Assembly: GCA_965637545.1 (NCBI GenBank)
Contig: OZ281501.1
Location: 7,192,001 to 7,256,000, forward strand
From: Phallusia mammillata
Lineage: Eukaryota
Length of the DNA stretch: 64,000 nt
Direction: 5' to 3'
A model generated the notes under the pieces. The model did not search any database. It saw only the letters and a list, made by a program, of their open reading frames with translations, and was not told the origin of the DNA. Position numbers and translations under genes: made by a program. Numbering within the stretch: position 1 is the stretch's first letter; each line of letters starts with the position of its first letter. Below are positions 36,201 to 51,200 of the stretch, one piece after another.

Positions 36201-39200
36201 AATGTCATCAAGACCGACCGACGACATGCTATTAAAGTGTCTGACCAGGTAAACTTTTGACTGTCATTTAACCTACGGATGGTTCAGTTTTGTAATAAGT
36301 TAGTAGCAGTAAAATACAACCAAATGATTATCCATTTAAAGTTAGCAGTTACGCATGTAGCTAATTTGTTTCATTTCTTACCAAACAAGAACATATTTGG
36401 GAACTGGTTTTACAATGTTTTCTTTTGTTTTGAACTTTTGAGCAGCAATTTTGGACTTATTTTGCAGGGCAAAAAGCACACCTTGGAAATCGCCGAGTTT
36501 TCAGAGGCTGACCGTGGTCGTTATGCAGCTCAATGCGATGGTACAGACGTCCAAACGGCTGCTATCATCGATGTGGCCGTGGCTGCAAGTTTGGACTGTG
36601 AACAGGACGAAATCCTATTGAAAGCCGATACGCCCGGCGAAGTTGCTGTTGGATTTAAAGGAATGCCAAAGCCCGAAATCACATGGTTTAAGGTACATTA
36701 ACATCTTACAAAAATGTTTTCAGGATTGTGTAGTAAACGTTCACATTGGTTGTAGGAGAAGGAAGACTCCTTGGTCCGTGTATCATCGGAGAGCTTTGTA
36801 ATTACAACAGAGACTACAAAGCTTCGTCTGCGCAAGCCTACAGTATCTGACGCTGGCAGATACAAGGTCATGGCCAAGAACAAATACGGAGAGGATAGCT
36901 GCTTCGTGACCATTGTTGTGATCGGTAAGTGTTGCAATAAACTGTATACATGTACTGTACATTGTTTGGTGGTGGTAACATGTACTAATGCTGTGTTGTC
37001 ACATAGATCGACCTGAGGCACCACTAAATCTCACTGTTACCGAGGTTACGGCCAACAGTGCCACATTGCAGTGGGAAGAGCCCGAACAGGACGGTGGTTC
37101 GCCAATTGTGAGCTTCCTCGTCGAGAAACGCGACGTCAAACGCAAGATGTGGCAGACCGTCTGCGAATCAGCAGAAGAAACGGAGATTAAGGTAAACAGC
37201 ATCTCAAGCACATACAGTTTCGGTATTGTTGGTTGGTTTCTATAATCAGTTGTGTTCAGGTTGAGAAACTGACAACCGGATCTTCATACCTCTTCCGTGT
37301 GTCTTGCGAGAACAAGGTTGGCCTTTCCAAACCAGCTGAAATTACCAACCCGATTTTGGCTAAATCGCAATTTGGTAAGCACATGAGATTTTGCACTAAC
37401 AGAGTTGATATCGTTACTGAATATTCATTCTATTATTTACAAACATTTTTTTCGTTTTTAGAACTCCCAGAAGCGCCCCAGAGCGTGACACTTACCGACG
37501 TACGTCGCGAATACGTCACTCTGACATGGAAGGCGCCATCATTTGACGGCGGCTCTCCGATTTCGCTTTACGTTGTCGAACTGCGGGATAAACTTCATAC
37601 AACATGGTCGCGTTGTGCCATTGTGGAAGGTGACCAGCTCCAGGCGTCTGTCTGTGAACCAGAAGTTACTCCTGCTAAAGAGTACTGCTTCCGGGTTGCG
37701 GCTGAAAACGCAGCAGGCGTGGGAAAAGCAAGCGCTCCCACTGCTTTGACCAAACTGCAAGACCCATTAGGTGAGACTTAGAACAACTTCACCTAATGAT
37801 CATGATGTTTGTATAATACTATTGAAAATTAATAGGTTGAACTGTTTTAACGTACTTTATTTTGTTGCAGAAACTCCATCTAAACCACTTAACTTGCGTT
37901 ACGACAACGTGACCAAAAATTCGATCGAGCTTACATGGGACTCGCCCATGTCGGATGGGGGAACTTCGATCACCGACTACGTGGTCAACTTCACCGACAA
38001 AGCTGACGAAAGCGGCCTGTGGTTGGAGGCAGGCAAAATGGAAGCCCAAGACAAGCTGGCTTATACTGTAACCTGCGTCGGGGAAGGACATGAATATGCC
38101 TACCGTGTTAAGGCTGTCAACAAAGTTGGGGAGGGTAAACCATCGGATGCCACACCATTCGTGCTCTCAAAGGACGAAACCAGTAAGTGTTAGCATTATA
38201 TTTTACCATTCTTGAGCCTTCAACAAAGAATGCCGTACATTGTAACTACTCTTTAATTGCAGGAGTCCCATCCTTTGACCTCCCACACAGCCAACGGGAG
38301 ATCACCGTTGTGGAGCCAGAGCCAATTCGAATCAGTGTTCCAATTAGTGGTCTGCCAGCTCCCTCTGTCACGTGGGTTCGCGTCACTGATGGCGAAATCC
38401 TCTGCCAAGAGGATCGCTTCAAAATTGACAATGGAGCGACTTATGCAAACTTGACCGTATCGCCAAGCAGCCGGGAATCAGACCAAGGGTTGTTCAAGCT
38501 TGTTTTGCAGAATGATCAAGGCAAAACCGAATGCGATATTAATGTCCTTGTCGTGGGTATGTACAGCTTCTCAGCATACAAAAATGTAAAACGAAAGCTT
38601 ACAAATTGACTGTTTTTGTTTCCCAGATGTTTGCACGTTTTCATGCATTCATGTCATTTTATATCACCCTTTCACCCCACGTGTTAGATTTCAGATTTAA
38701 CGCTTGCTTTGTGTTTACAACTTTCAGGCAAGCCAGGAGCTATTCGCAATCCAAAGATTGCTGAAGTTACCAGCGTCAGTTGCTACTTGTCCTGGGATGC
38801 CCCTGAAGATGATGGCGGTGCTGAAATAACCACCTACGTTGTTGAGCGCAACGAAGAGGGCCGAAAAGCTTGGACGAAGGTGCGTCTTGTTTGGGCAGCC
38901 TTTTTGCCAAAAGTTATATGCGCCAAACTCTAAACATGCATTTATGTTATAGATGCCGGGGTCATGCGATGCGGCAGAATGCAGCGTGGCTGACATGAAA
39001 AAGGGAAAGACATACAGATACAGAATCTGTGCTCAAAACCGTTACGGCAAGGGACCATACGTTGACCTTGCTGAGCCAGTGCTCGCATTGGACCCACCGA
39101 CCGTCCCAGACGCGCCTCGCAATCTTAACTACTCCAACGTGAAAAAGGATTCAGTATGCTTGAGTTGGAGTATGCCCAAGTTTGACGGTGGCGAGCCAAT

Positions 39201-42200
39201 AACTGGTAAGCTAGGTTGCTTGTTTTTAAGTGCATATCGAGTTTTGTTACAAACCTTATTTATTTTGTAGGTTATATTATCGAGAAACGGCCAGAGGGTG
39301 AGGAACATGCTCGCTTTGTCGCTGACAACTTGAGACCACACCTTGAGCTCCGTTACACTGTTCGCCAGTTGCCAACTGACACTAAATGGTGTTTCCGGGT
39401 GAAAGCTGTCAACCTTCTCGGGCCCGGCGAATCCTGCGAACCGACTGAGCCGATTCTGATTCAATCTGATGAAGGTAACTGACAACGCACTTCAATGCAA
39501 AAAACAACATTGTTATTCATGGCAATATCGATGACCATATCATTTAAATACCACATTTTACAGCTGCACCAACTGTTGAACTCGATCAAACTGTCCTTGA
39601 TGGTGTTTCGGTCAAGGCTGGTGCAATGATTGAAATTCCAGCAAAGGTCGCTGGTCGCCCGTTCCCATCCGCTAGATGGAGCTGCAACGACGTTGTTTTG
39701 TTCCCTGACCAGCGCGTCACTGTTGATCTGGTTGACGGTGTCTCGACCCTGCGAGTGCTGATGGTAAATGTTCTAAAAAACGGCCTTAATATAACCTTAG
39801 TTACATAAAAAATAATAATTTGTATTTAGGCAAAACGTGAGGATTCTGGCGATTACACAGTATTCGCTCAGAACCAACACGGAAAGGCATCCACCAACTG
39901 CATGGTTGAAGTTATGGATAAACCAGGAAAGCCGGCATCAGTTGGTAAGATTTCAACACGATGATTTTTTCTACCATCTGTATGCATTAGCCTTATACGC
40001 TCATGTTCATCTTTTCTGCATAGACATCGAAGACATCACCAAGAACTCGTGTACAGTGGTTTGGACTCCACCCTTGGATAACGGCGGTACCGCTATAACA
40101 CGTTACACTGTTGAGCGACGTGAGACAACCCGACACGTTTGGACCAAGCTTAGCGGCTCGGTTAAACCCGATGCCATGCGCTTCGAAGTCACTAAAATGA
40201 TTGAGGGAAAGGAATACGAATTCCAGGTAACATACCTTGTTCTTTTCTTTCATTGAATTCCTTTTTGGATCTTGCTTAAAATATTACATTTTTCAGGTGA
40301 CCGCTGAAAACCAAATCGGCGTTGGTGAGCCTCAGACCAGCACTGCCATCATTGCCAAATATCCCTACGGACCACCGCAGGCCCCAGGCGCGCCCGAGTG
40401 TAGCAACGTTACCCGTGACGCAATGACTGTGACGTGGCGTGAACCTTTGGCCGATGGCGGCGGCGCGGTTACTGGATACTATTTAGAAATGAACGTAAAT
40501 GGAAGCCATAACTGGATGCGTGTATCCAAGAAGCCATTGGACGCTGATGTTCTTTCTTACCGGGCAAATGGGCTTGCTAAAGACAAGGTGTACGCTTTCA
40601 GGTAAAGAAAATGACTTAGATTTTTCTACGCTCACCAAAATAGAATGCAAAAGTCTAATATGATTTTATTTTAAAGGGTTTCTGCTGAGAACTTGGCAGG
40701 TTGCGGCCCTGCTAGTGAATCAAGCGACGGTACACTCGCAAAGGATCCAGTAAAGCCACCAAGCAAGCCTGGAAAGCCCAATGTCATGGAGGTATGTAAA
40801 TTAAATTGTAAGTTTCCAAACAGCGCAGCATATATCTAACATACCGTTTCCATTAAGATTACCAAATGCACGTGCCGTTTGAGATGGCGTGCACCAGAGA
40901 ACGACGGTGGAAGCCCAGTGGCGAACTACATTATCCAGTTGCGCAAACGTGAAGCTGGTGCTGAAACTTGGGAGGAAGATTACGTTCCATGGGAGATGAA
41001 CGTCCCAGATGTTGAACACGTGGTCGTTGATCTAGTCCCCAACAAATTTGAATACATGTTCAGGTCTGTATATCGACCAAAAAAGCTGATCTTTGTATTT
41101 AAGAGCTTCAACCCAAACACCGCGTATTATCTTATATGCTTGCATAACCGATACGTTACTTGTTTCAACAGGGTTGTGGCTGTAAACCCAGCTGGACAAT
41201 CTGAGCCCGGCGACGATTCCGAGACTGTGATTTGCAAACCGGTTGTGAAGCCACCAAGTGCTCCACGTGACCTTAAGTCGGCTGGAACAACCAAGGGAAG
41301 CATCACCCTGCAGTGGGTACGTCCAGATGACGACGGCGGTTGCAAGATCAACGGATACGTGTTGGAGAAACGTGAGCTTCGCCGTCAAACATGGCAGCCA
41401 GTTTCCAAGGTAGTATAACATTTCGATTTGATTTAAAAACTATAATGTTACTAAAGTTTAACAAAACCATATTCGCAGGAGGTCGAAACTGAGACGTTCA
41501 CTGTTGATGAGCTTAAAGAAGGTGGCTCCTACGAGTTTAGGGTAGCTGCCTTCAGTGAAGTAGGCCTCAGTGGATGGAGTCAGTCGGAACCAATTGCAGC
41601 TGTGAGCATGTTCAATGCTCCCGATGCACCACGTGGTGTCAAGATCGAAGAGATTAGTCGGTACCACGTTAAGCTTACTTGGCGCGAACCGGTCTTCGAT
41701 GGCGGCGCTGCTGTTACTGGTTATGTGGTAGAGAAACGTGAAAAGCTTGGACAGAGGTGGACAAGCGTTGGAAATGCTGATGCTGAAGCACGTAGCTTGA
41801 ATGTAAGATATTACCACAAATTTGTGTAAAATGTAGACGTGATGAATTTATACGCTTTTGGTTTTTCTATTTACAGATTACAGCTGTCAAAGAAAACACC
41901 GAATGTCAATTCCGCGTAAGCGCTGAAAACGAGGCCGGCGTTGGAAAGGCGAGCGAACCAACAGACATGGTTACAATCAACGATCCAAAACGTAAGGACG
42001 ACAGCAACATTCATCTTAGCCTGATTCTAAACAAATATAAGCCTGATTATTAACAGCCACCATTAATGTTTAACCACACTAGTCAGATTCTAAACAAACA
42101 TTGCTATTGCAGGTCCACCAACCGAGCCTCTCAACCTGGTGCCAGTCACAACAACACCAACTTCAGTGACATTGGCTTGGACTTTGCCGGCTTTGAACGG

Positions 42201-45200
42201 TGGCACTGATATTACTGGTTACTACGTTGAGAGATGTCTTGATGGTAGCGAAGAGTGGGTTCGATGCAACGCAGCCCCGTTTACTGTTCTCCAAGGACAG
42301 GTTACCGGTCTTCGAGAAGAACGAGCTTACATCTTCCGTGCTTTTGCTATCAATGTTGCTGGTATTAGCGAGCCAAGCGCCGTCACTGAGTCAATTATTG
42401 CCAAGGAACCGGACTGTAAGTTTCCTTCGTGGGCAGATGGTAAAGTTGGACGTTTTGTACAACAACGATTTTATTTTTGCAGCACCACCAACCATGCAAA
42501 TGATCAAAGACGAAGTGATATTGGTATCCGGCGAAAAACTAAGACTCCGTGTACCAGTCACCGGCTCTCCAAAGCCTACAGTTACATGGACACGAGATGA
42601 CGAACCTGTGAAGGACTACGTTAAGGTAATTTTTAGCAATAAATCCTTGCAATCTTATTGTTAAAAATATGTTATATAACCTTAACTTGTTTTTCAGTCA
42701 TCGCTTGAGGACAATTTCGCCACCATGTTCATACCAGCAACTAGTCGAGAAGACAGCGGGCGTTACACCTTGACTTTGAGCAACAAGCTAGAGACGATCA
42801 CTGGCTGGTGCCTTGTCCGTGTGCTTGGTGAATATTATTGCGTTTGACTGTTGCATAACCATAATGGAAATACTACAACTACGAATTTGCGTTACAGACC
42901 GTCCTGGCCCACCAATCGACTTCAACGCTACTGACATAACTCGCTCTACTTGCACGTTGACCTGGATTGAACCCCAGGACGACGGCGGTGCTGAGATCAT
43001 GTTCTACTCTGTAGACAGGTAAGTTGGCAACAACAAAATGTAGCCTTAGTACTTTTTTACATTTTGTAAATCAAATGCAACGTATTCTTACAGGCGTGAG
43101 GCTGGACGTAGAACTTGGACACCAGTTGTTGCTGAAGTGCGCAAAAACGCATGGAAGGTTACTGACTTGATCCACAGGAACGAGTACAACTTCCGCGTGG
43201 TCGCACATAACAAAGTAGGAGCTGGAAAACCGGCCGAGCTTCCAAAAGAGATCATGGCTGTTGATCCTTTATCGCCTCCTGGAGCTCCAGAAGAGCTTAC
43301 ATGGAACGATGTAAAGGCCAAGTCCATCATTCTCTCTTGGAAACGTCCTGCGTCCAACGGAGGCTGTGTCATCACAAGTTACATCGTCGAGATGAAGGAG
43401 AAAGATACTGAGCACTGGAACGTAGTCATTCGGGACCACGAGTCGACATCAGTTACAGTTCTTGGGCAAACCGAAGGCAAGGAATACTTGTACCGTGTCG
43501 CTGCAGTCAATCGCATTGGAATTGGCGCGCGAGCTGAGACAACCCAAGCAATTGCAGCCAGAGATCCTCTTGCTCCCCCTTGCATTCAAGTAGAGGAAAA
43601 CGTGAGAAGAGGAGTTGAAGTAAGAGCCGGAAAGCCACTGATCATCGAGGCCACTTACACAGGCGTTCCTCACCCAACTATTACTTGGATCCAACAGGAC
43701 AATGTCAGCAAAGAAATCAAAGAAAACGTTGAAAGGAACCTCGCCCTCCGAAACGACGGTGCCACTGCCACATTCAGTGTACTTAAGGCTCAACGATCCG
43801 ACAAAGGAAATTACCAGATTACTGCAGAAAACGACCAAGGCAAAGATACTTGCACTGTGATAGTCAACGTACTCGATGTGCCAGCGCCTTGCAAAGGACC
43901 ATGGTCTTTCGACGATGGAACCAACGAGGCTATCACTTTGCGATGGAAGATTCCAGAAGACGATGGCGGTTCTGATATTATTAACTACGTGCTTGAGTTT
44001 AAGGAATCAAACAAAAAGGTGTGGACTACCATATCTACTACAGTGCAGTCTACAAAATACCGTGTCTCAAAACTTGTCGAAGGCAAAGAGTACGTTTTCC
44101 GCGTTGCAGCTGAAAACAAGATGGGACGAAGTGATTGGTTAGAAACCGCACCGTACATTGCGAAACTGCCATTTGACCCACCAGCAGCGCCAGAGAAGCC
44201 TGAGTTTGTTGACGTAACAAGAAAGTATATGACTTTGCGTTGGAACGAGCCCCAGGACGGCGGCAGCTCCATCACTGGATACTGGATCGATAGGAAAGAC
44301 TCTTCGTCCACTCGTTGGTCACGTGTTAACCGCGATCCAATCAGGACCCTTGAATACCAAGTTAGCAACGGGCTTACTGAAGGTACCACCTACCAGTTCC
44401 GCGTATGCGCTGAGAACGAGGCTGGCCCTGGAAAGTTTAGCCCGCCGAGTGACTACAAAGTGTGCGAGGACCCAGTAACCGCACCATCGTCGCCACGCAA
44501 ACCTCACGTCGAAGATACGACAAACAGCTCGATTGCGCTTGTTTGGGACAGACCAGAAGGAGATGGCGGTGACTCTAAGTTGAAGTACATTGTCGAACAG
44601 AGGCTCTCCGATGGCTCGTGGAGTCGTTGCAATGATAAAGATCTTGATGTGACTTTCTTCACAGTCGAGAACCTTCTTGAAGGACAGATGTACTCGTTCC
44701 AAATAAAGGCTTTCAATCGCGGTGGCGAGAGCGCACCCACTAAGGTTCCAGAAGCTGCAGCAAGAGAGATGATTGATTTGCCTCACATCGAGCTCGACTC
44801 ATCCATTATTGACGGCATCACAGTCAACGCCGGCAAGAAGTTTGTTCTTCCTGCTAAAGTTACTGGACGTCCTTATCCTGAAGTATCTTGGACGAAGCAA
44901 GGCGACGAGGTGTCTGACCGTGTCGTGGTTACCAAATCTGAAGATGGGTCTGTTGCTACTGTGAAACAGTGTCAGCGTTCTGATTGGGGTGAATACAAGA
45001 TTACAGCAAAGAACTCCAGCGGAACGAAGAGCGCAACTTGTCTTGTGGTTGTTCATGATGTACCAGGAGCTATTAAAGACCTAAAGCACGGCGCTGTGAG
45101 TAGAAACTCAATCACTTTGAAATGGCATGCACCCGAAGACAACGGCGGCCTTCCTGTAAAGAAATACTATCTCGAGAAGAGGGATATGTCAATGAGAGCG

Positions 45201-48200
45201 TGGCTCAGTGTCGGAAGCACTGACAAGTTCACCATTGACGTGACCAACGTATTGGAAGGTACCACATATGCATTCCGTGTATGCGCCGAGAACGACATGG
45301 GCAAAGGTCCGTTTACTGAGTCCCTGCCGGTTCTGTGTCAAGAACCACTTGTGGTGCCTGGAAGGCCTGAAAACCTTCGTGTCGAGGAACGCAAGGACAC
45401 CAAGATCAGTCTTCGTTGGTCTCCTCCGCGTGTCGATGGTGGAAGCAAGATCACTGGCTTTGTGGTCGAGCGTCAAATGGAAGGCGAGCAGGAATGGGTA
45501 CCATGCAACCGTCGCCTTATCACCGAAAACAAATTTACCGTAGAGGAACTAGAAACTGGAAAGAAGTACATCCTCCGAGTCCGTGCTGTCAACAGTGTAG
45601 GTGAAGGTCAACCCGCCCTTACCGGCCTAATGGAAGCCAAAGAACCAGATGCAGCCCCAATGACCAGCCTTAGTGTTGGTGTGAAGGGAATGCTTCAGGT
45701 TCGAGCTGGCGAAACCATCTATCTCCCAGCTACAATCACTGGTGTCCCAGCGCCAGAGATTGTCTGGCTTAAGGGCGAAAGCACCACTGTTGTGGAAACA
45801 GAAGCACTGAAGTTTGTTGTTGAGGACAAACAGCACTCGATTTACATTGAGAAGTGCGCACGGTCGGATGACGGACATTACTCAGTAACCGCAACTAATT
45901 CACTTGGAAGCAAGACAGCACGCTGCACTGTCGTGGTACAAGACGTCCCATCCGTACCACTTAACTTCAAGCCATCAAAAGTAACAGCCGAAAGCTTGTT
46001 GCTAACGTGGGAGACAATGCAAGACAACGGCGGCGCTGATTTGATGAACTACGTTCTAGAGAAGCGCGAGGGCAAGAAAAAGGTGTGGACTCCAGTTAGT
46101 TCTACAATCATTGACACCAAGTTCCGCATTACCAAGCTGACATCTGGTATGGAGTATCAGTTTAGAGTGGCCGGAGAAAACAAACTTGGCGTTGGTGTTT
46201 TCGCTGAAACTGAAGTTATCTTGGCTAAGGACCCTTATGATCTCCCTGGTCCACCATTCAAACCAACCACATCCGAAGTCAACAAAACAAGCATGCTTGT
46301 TACATGGCAGCCACCTCGCGATGACGGTGGTGCGGAGATCGAAGGCTACTGGATGGAGATGCGTGAAAGTTCATCCAACAGATGGAAGAAGCTTAGCAGA
46401 TCCCCAATAACCAAGCCACCTCTGGTCAATTGCAGTCACAGAGCTCTTCAGCTGCAAGAAGGTCTCGAGTACCGCTTCCGAGCTTGCGCAATTAACAAAG
46501 CTGGCAACGGTCCCTTCAGCGAGGAATCAGATCCAGTGATTGCTGCAGATCCGATCTTCCCTCCTGGTCAACCGGTGACGCCAACAGTCGATGACATCAC
46601 CGCCAAGTCGGTGACGTTGGGCTGGAAGGCTCCAGAGAACGTGGGCGGCAGCGAAGTAACCGGTTACATCGTTGAGTACCAAGACGAAATCACTTGCGAA
46701 TGGAAGAAGCATGTAGTCGACGACAAGGAGATTCTTGATACCACAAGCGTTGAGATTCCTGACCTGAAAACTGGTCTGAGATATCGTTTCCGCGTCTCTG
46801 CTGTCAACAAGGCTGGAGTCAGCGAACCTTCCATGCAAACCGACTTGGTTGAAGTCAAGGATCAAATCCGTAAGTATTTGTTTAGGAATTGTCAAGAACA
46901 TGGCCATCAAGCTGTAATTTTGCTATCTTGTTTATAGATGCTCCTGAAATTACCTTGGAGGTCGGTCTTCAAAATTACCTTGAAGTCCGAGCTGGATCAT
47001 CGATCAAACTGTTCGCTAGTGTCAAGGCTCGTCCAGCACCCGAGGTAAGTAGCAATACATTCAACTTGAAAGGTTTTACTTGCTTTATTGTAAACTGACA
47101 TTAACATGCACATTACAGACTACATGGGAGAAAGACGATAAGCAGCCGTTACCCGAAACTGCGGTAGTAAAAACCACTGAAACATCAACCGAAGTTTCCA
47201 TTCCCAAGTGTGGACGTGACGACAGTGGTCGATACATTGTGGTGTCAAAGAACGTCGGCGGTACACGTACGGCGTCCTGCAAAGTCTTGGTCAAAGACAC
47301 ACCCGGGGCACCGGAAGACCTTACAGTTTCCAATGTCACTAAACGCGGCGCGAAACTCTCGTGGAAAATACCAAGCAACAATGGCGGATCCAAAATTCAA
47401 ACCTACATCATTGAGAAGCGCAGGGGCGATGGCCGTGGTTGGGTTAAGGTCGAGTCGTCGGTTTCAGCCACTCAATTCAATGTTTTAGATCTCCTAGAAG
47501 GCTTCGAGTACTTCTTCCGAGTTTGCGCAGTGAATGCAATCGGCCAGGGTGTCCACGCTGAGACCACAGAACCGATCTTGGCTCGCGATCCAGTGTCAAT
47601 TCCCGAGCCACCTTCACATACGCGAGTTGCTGGTGTTACTGGTAAAAGCGTTACTCTCAAGTGGAACGCTCCACAGTCGATGGGCAACTTGCCATTGAAG
47701 ACTTACATCGTCGAACAACTTAAACGTGAGATTCAATTCATTCCCTGTTTTTTTTCATATTGCTAATAATGTTACTCTATGTACAGGTGAAGATGTTGCC
47801 ACGAAGTCGGATATGGAACCAGTACTAGACCGACAAACACAAGGCGCCCTTGACGTAAGCAAGCGTCCACCAAAGGTGCAACGTCAATCTTCACGTCGCG
47901 ACTCTAAACTTGGTGAAACATGGATTAGGTACGTACCCAAACATGCATTTGTAGGATGTTTTATTTGACCTTAAATACTTTTGCTTTCAGTTGCAATTCT
48001 GACAAGTTGACTGAAACGACATTCACTGTTACGGGCTTGGACTCGTCGGAAAAGCATTCTTTCCGCGTCCTGGCTGAAAACGAGGTTGGAGTAAGTAGGC
48101 CGTCGAACATTGCAGGACCGGTTGTATGCAAAGACGACCTGGGTAAGTTTCTCAACCGCTATAAAAGAACTATATACATCACCTATTAAAACTTAATTTA

Positions 48201-51200
48201 ATTGTTGCGCAGTTTATCCAACCATCGAAACGGTCGAGTTCAAAGAACTTGAAGAAGGCGTCGTTGTTGATCTGTTCGCCAAGTTCAACGGCAAACCACA
48301 ACCTGAAATTACTTGGAAGTTGCTAGAAGATGACATCAAACCATCAGAAAGGTAAGTTTTTTTAATCTTTCTCATGCGCAAATTTGTTTCATACAATGTA
48401 CTTTCTAATATATAGAATTGCCATCGAAACTACTGAGACCACCACCAACTTGGTGATCCAGAAATCGGTGCGCAAGGACACTGGGGTTTATCAGGTTATT
48501 GCCAAGAACGCCGCTGGACAATGCACAAAGAATATCAAAGTCAACATTCTTGGTAAGGCGTTTCTACCTTTATTCATGTTTCGTATGACATGATGTATTT
48601 ATTATGTTTTTCTTTTCAGGCAAGCCATCAGCACCGCAGCTGCCGCTTTCATACAGCTCAGTGACAGCCAGTGACATTACTGTATCATGGAACCCACCAG
48701 AGGATGATGGTGGCAGCCGTATCACTTGCTACACAGTTGAGCGCCGCGAGGAGGACCGCGATTACTGGCATTCTGTAGCTGATGCTAAGGACCTTAGCGC
48801 AACCACAACTGGATTAAAGAAGGGCAAATCGTACCTGTTCCGCGTCAAGTAAGTTCTGTTGCAAATTCTTTTTTGTTAAAACTATTTTTTTGGTTAATAC
48901 TAACCATATTATATATATATTAGGGCCGTAAACAAATACGGATCCAGCTCATGGACAGAGTCCGAGGCCGCTTGCGAAGCCAAAAACGCTTACGAGTGCG
49001 CCGACGCTCCTGGCCAGCCAAGTTTGTCCGGCGTAACACGTGATGCCATGACGGTGATGTGGAATGCGCCTGAAAACGACGGCGGTGCGATCATCTCGAA
49101 CTACATCTTGGAAAAGAGAACAAGATCCAAGAAGAAGTGGAGCAAAGCCACCTCGGATGAAATCGGAGGCACCCAGTACCGAGTACGCGGGCTTAGAGAG
49201 GGACAGGAATATATGTTCCGCGTTGCAGCTGTCAATGCTGCAGGCCAAGGAGAATTCTCTGTTCCAAGCGAGCCAGTGTTGGCAAGCGCACCAATCTCTG
49301 CGCCAGGAGCACCTTTCCCAAGCGTGAAGGACACCACCAACTCCGCCATCACACTGACCTGGATTGCCCCAGACAGCGACGGCGGCTCAAAGATTAAAGG
49401 TTACGTGGTCGAGCAAAGAGAAGACGACTGTGAGGATTGGAAGAAGGCTTCAAGTCATGAACTACGTTCACTTGAATTTGTTGTTCCCAACCTTACCAAA
49501 GGCAAGAAATACTGGCTTCGCGTAACCGCTGTCAACGCTGCTGGACCGGGTACACCGGGTTGCTTGACAGAAGCAATTGAGGTCCAAGAAAAACTGGAGG
49601 TACCTGAGATCAATCTTGATGCTTCCATCAAGGACAAGATTGTCGTGCGAGCTGGTAATTTGATCAAGGTTCCTGTGTATATCAAAGGAAGACCAGCGCC
49701 AGAGATTACATGGACCAAGGACGGTCAAGATTTGCCCGAAGAGGCGAAAATTGATGAAACTTCTATTGGACAGATCTTGGTTATTCGCAATTGCCAGCGC
49801 GAGCACTCAGGCAAATACACACTTCTTGTGAAGAACGAGGCCGGCGAAAAGCAGTTAGATGTTGAAATCACTGTTCAAGACGTGCCAGGTATCTGCGGAG
49901 GACCTATTGAACCAGAAAACGTCACTAGAGACACAATAGGATTCTCCTGGAGCCCACCAGAAGATGACGGCGGCTGCGCTATTACCAACTACGTCTTGGA
50001 GAAACGAGAGTCCTCCAGAAGATCTTGGACTCGGGTATCTATGACAGTTACTCGTACATCTGCTGTTGTTCAAGGCCTGATTGAGGGCGAATCCTATATG
50101 TTCCGTGTAGCGGCTGAAAATCTTCTTGGAGTTGGCCCAGCGATTGAAACATCGGTACCAATGAACGCTAGAGATCCGGTTTCAGAGCCAAGCAGACCAG
50201 AAGACTTGCGTGTTACAGACGTTACGAAGAGCACAGTCAGTTTGCAATGGAAGGCACCCAAGTCTGATGGTGGTATGCCCATTACTGAGTACACCATTGA
50301 GAAGCGATTGGTTGGACAAGAACGTCACTTGCCAGCTACTGACAAGATGATTCGCGACACCAAGGTTGTTTTGGATGGCTTCAACGAAGGCGACAACTAT
50401 GAATTTAGAGTTTACGCGAAGAACGAGCGTGGCATTAGCCTTCCATCGTTCCCAACTAAACCTGTGGTCTGCCGTGACACCATCGAGCCACCTTCACTGA
50501 AGTTAGAAGCTCGTGACAAGATGACAGCGCGCGTTGGTGAGCCTTTCCGTGTTCTAGCCAAGATATCCGGACGTCCAGCACCTACGGTTACTTGGGAACG
50601 AGATGGAGCCCCGATTGCCACCGACGAACGATTCCAGATCAAAACCAACGGTGCAACATCAGCCATTGAAGTGTACAAGGGCATGCGTGCCGACAGTGGC
50701 CTTTACAAGGTTACTGTACAGAACGATGGCGGCCAACGCGACGCAAAAGTAATCATTGCAGTTGTTGACAAACCAACACCGCCCAGAGAGCTTACCGTAT
50801 CTGAGGTCACCAAAGAACATGTCAGCTTGACTTGGTGTCCTCCTCAAGACAACGGTGGCTCTGACATTACGAATTACGTGATTGAGAAACGCGACATCTC
50901 AAGAATGATGTGGTCTACAGTCAACTCTACCACCAACAAGACTGAGTTCAGAATCGGAAAACTAACTGAAGATTCTGAATACGTTTTCCGCGTGATGGCT
51001 GAAAACGCACAAGGCTGCTCGGAACCAACTGAGACGCAAGGCGTTGTCGTGAAGGACAGATACCGCGTTCCGGATGCCCCTGATGCTCTCACTGTAAAAG
51101 AGGTGCGAAAGGACTCGGCCAGTTTATCCTGGAGCAAGCCTTATGATGGTGGAAAGGCTATCTTTAACTACGTTGTTGAGAAGCGCGAGACCAAGAGTGA

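Noticed and set aside
42023-42098. 13-bp repeat GATTCTAAACAAA twice in one intron
   Set aside because: A short AT-rich local duplication with no functional indication.
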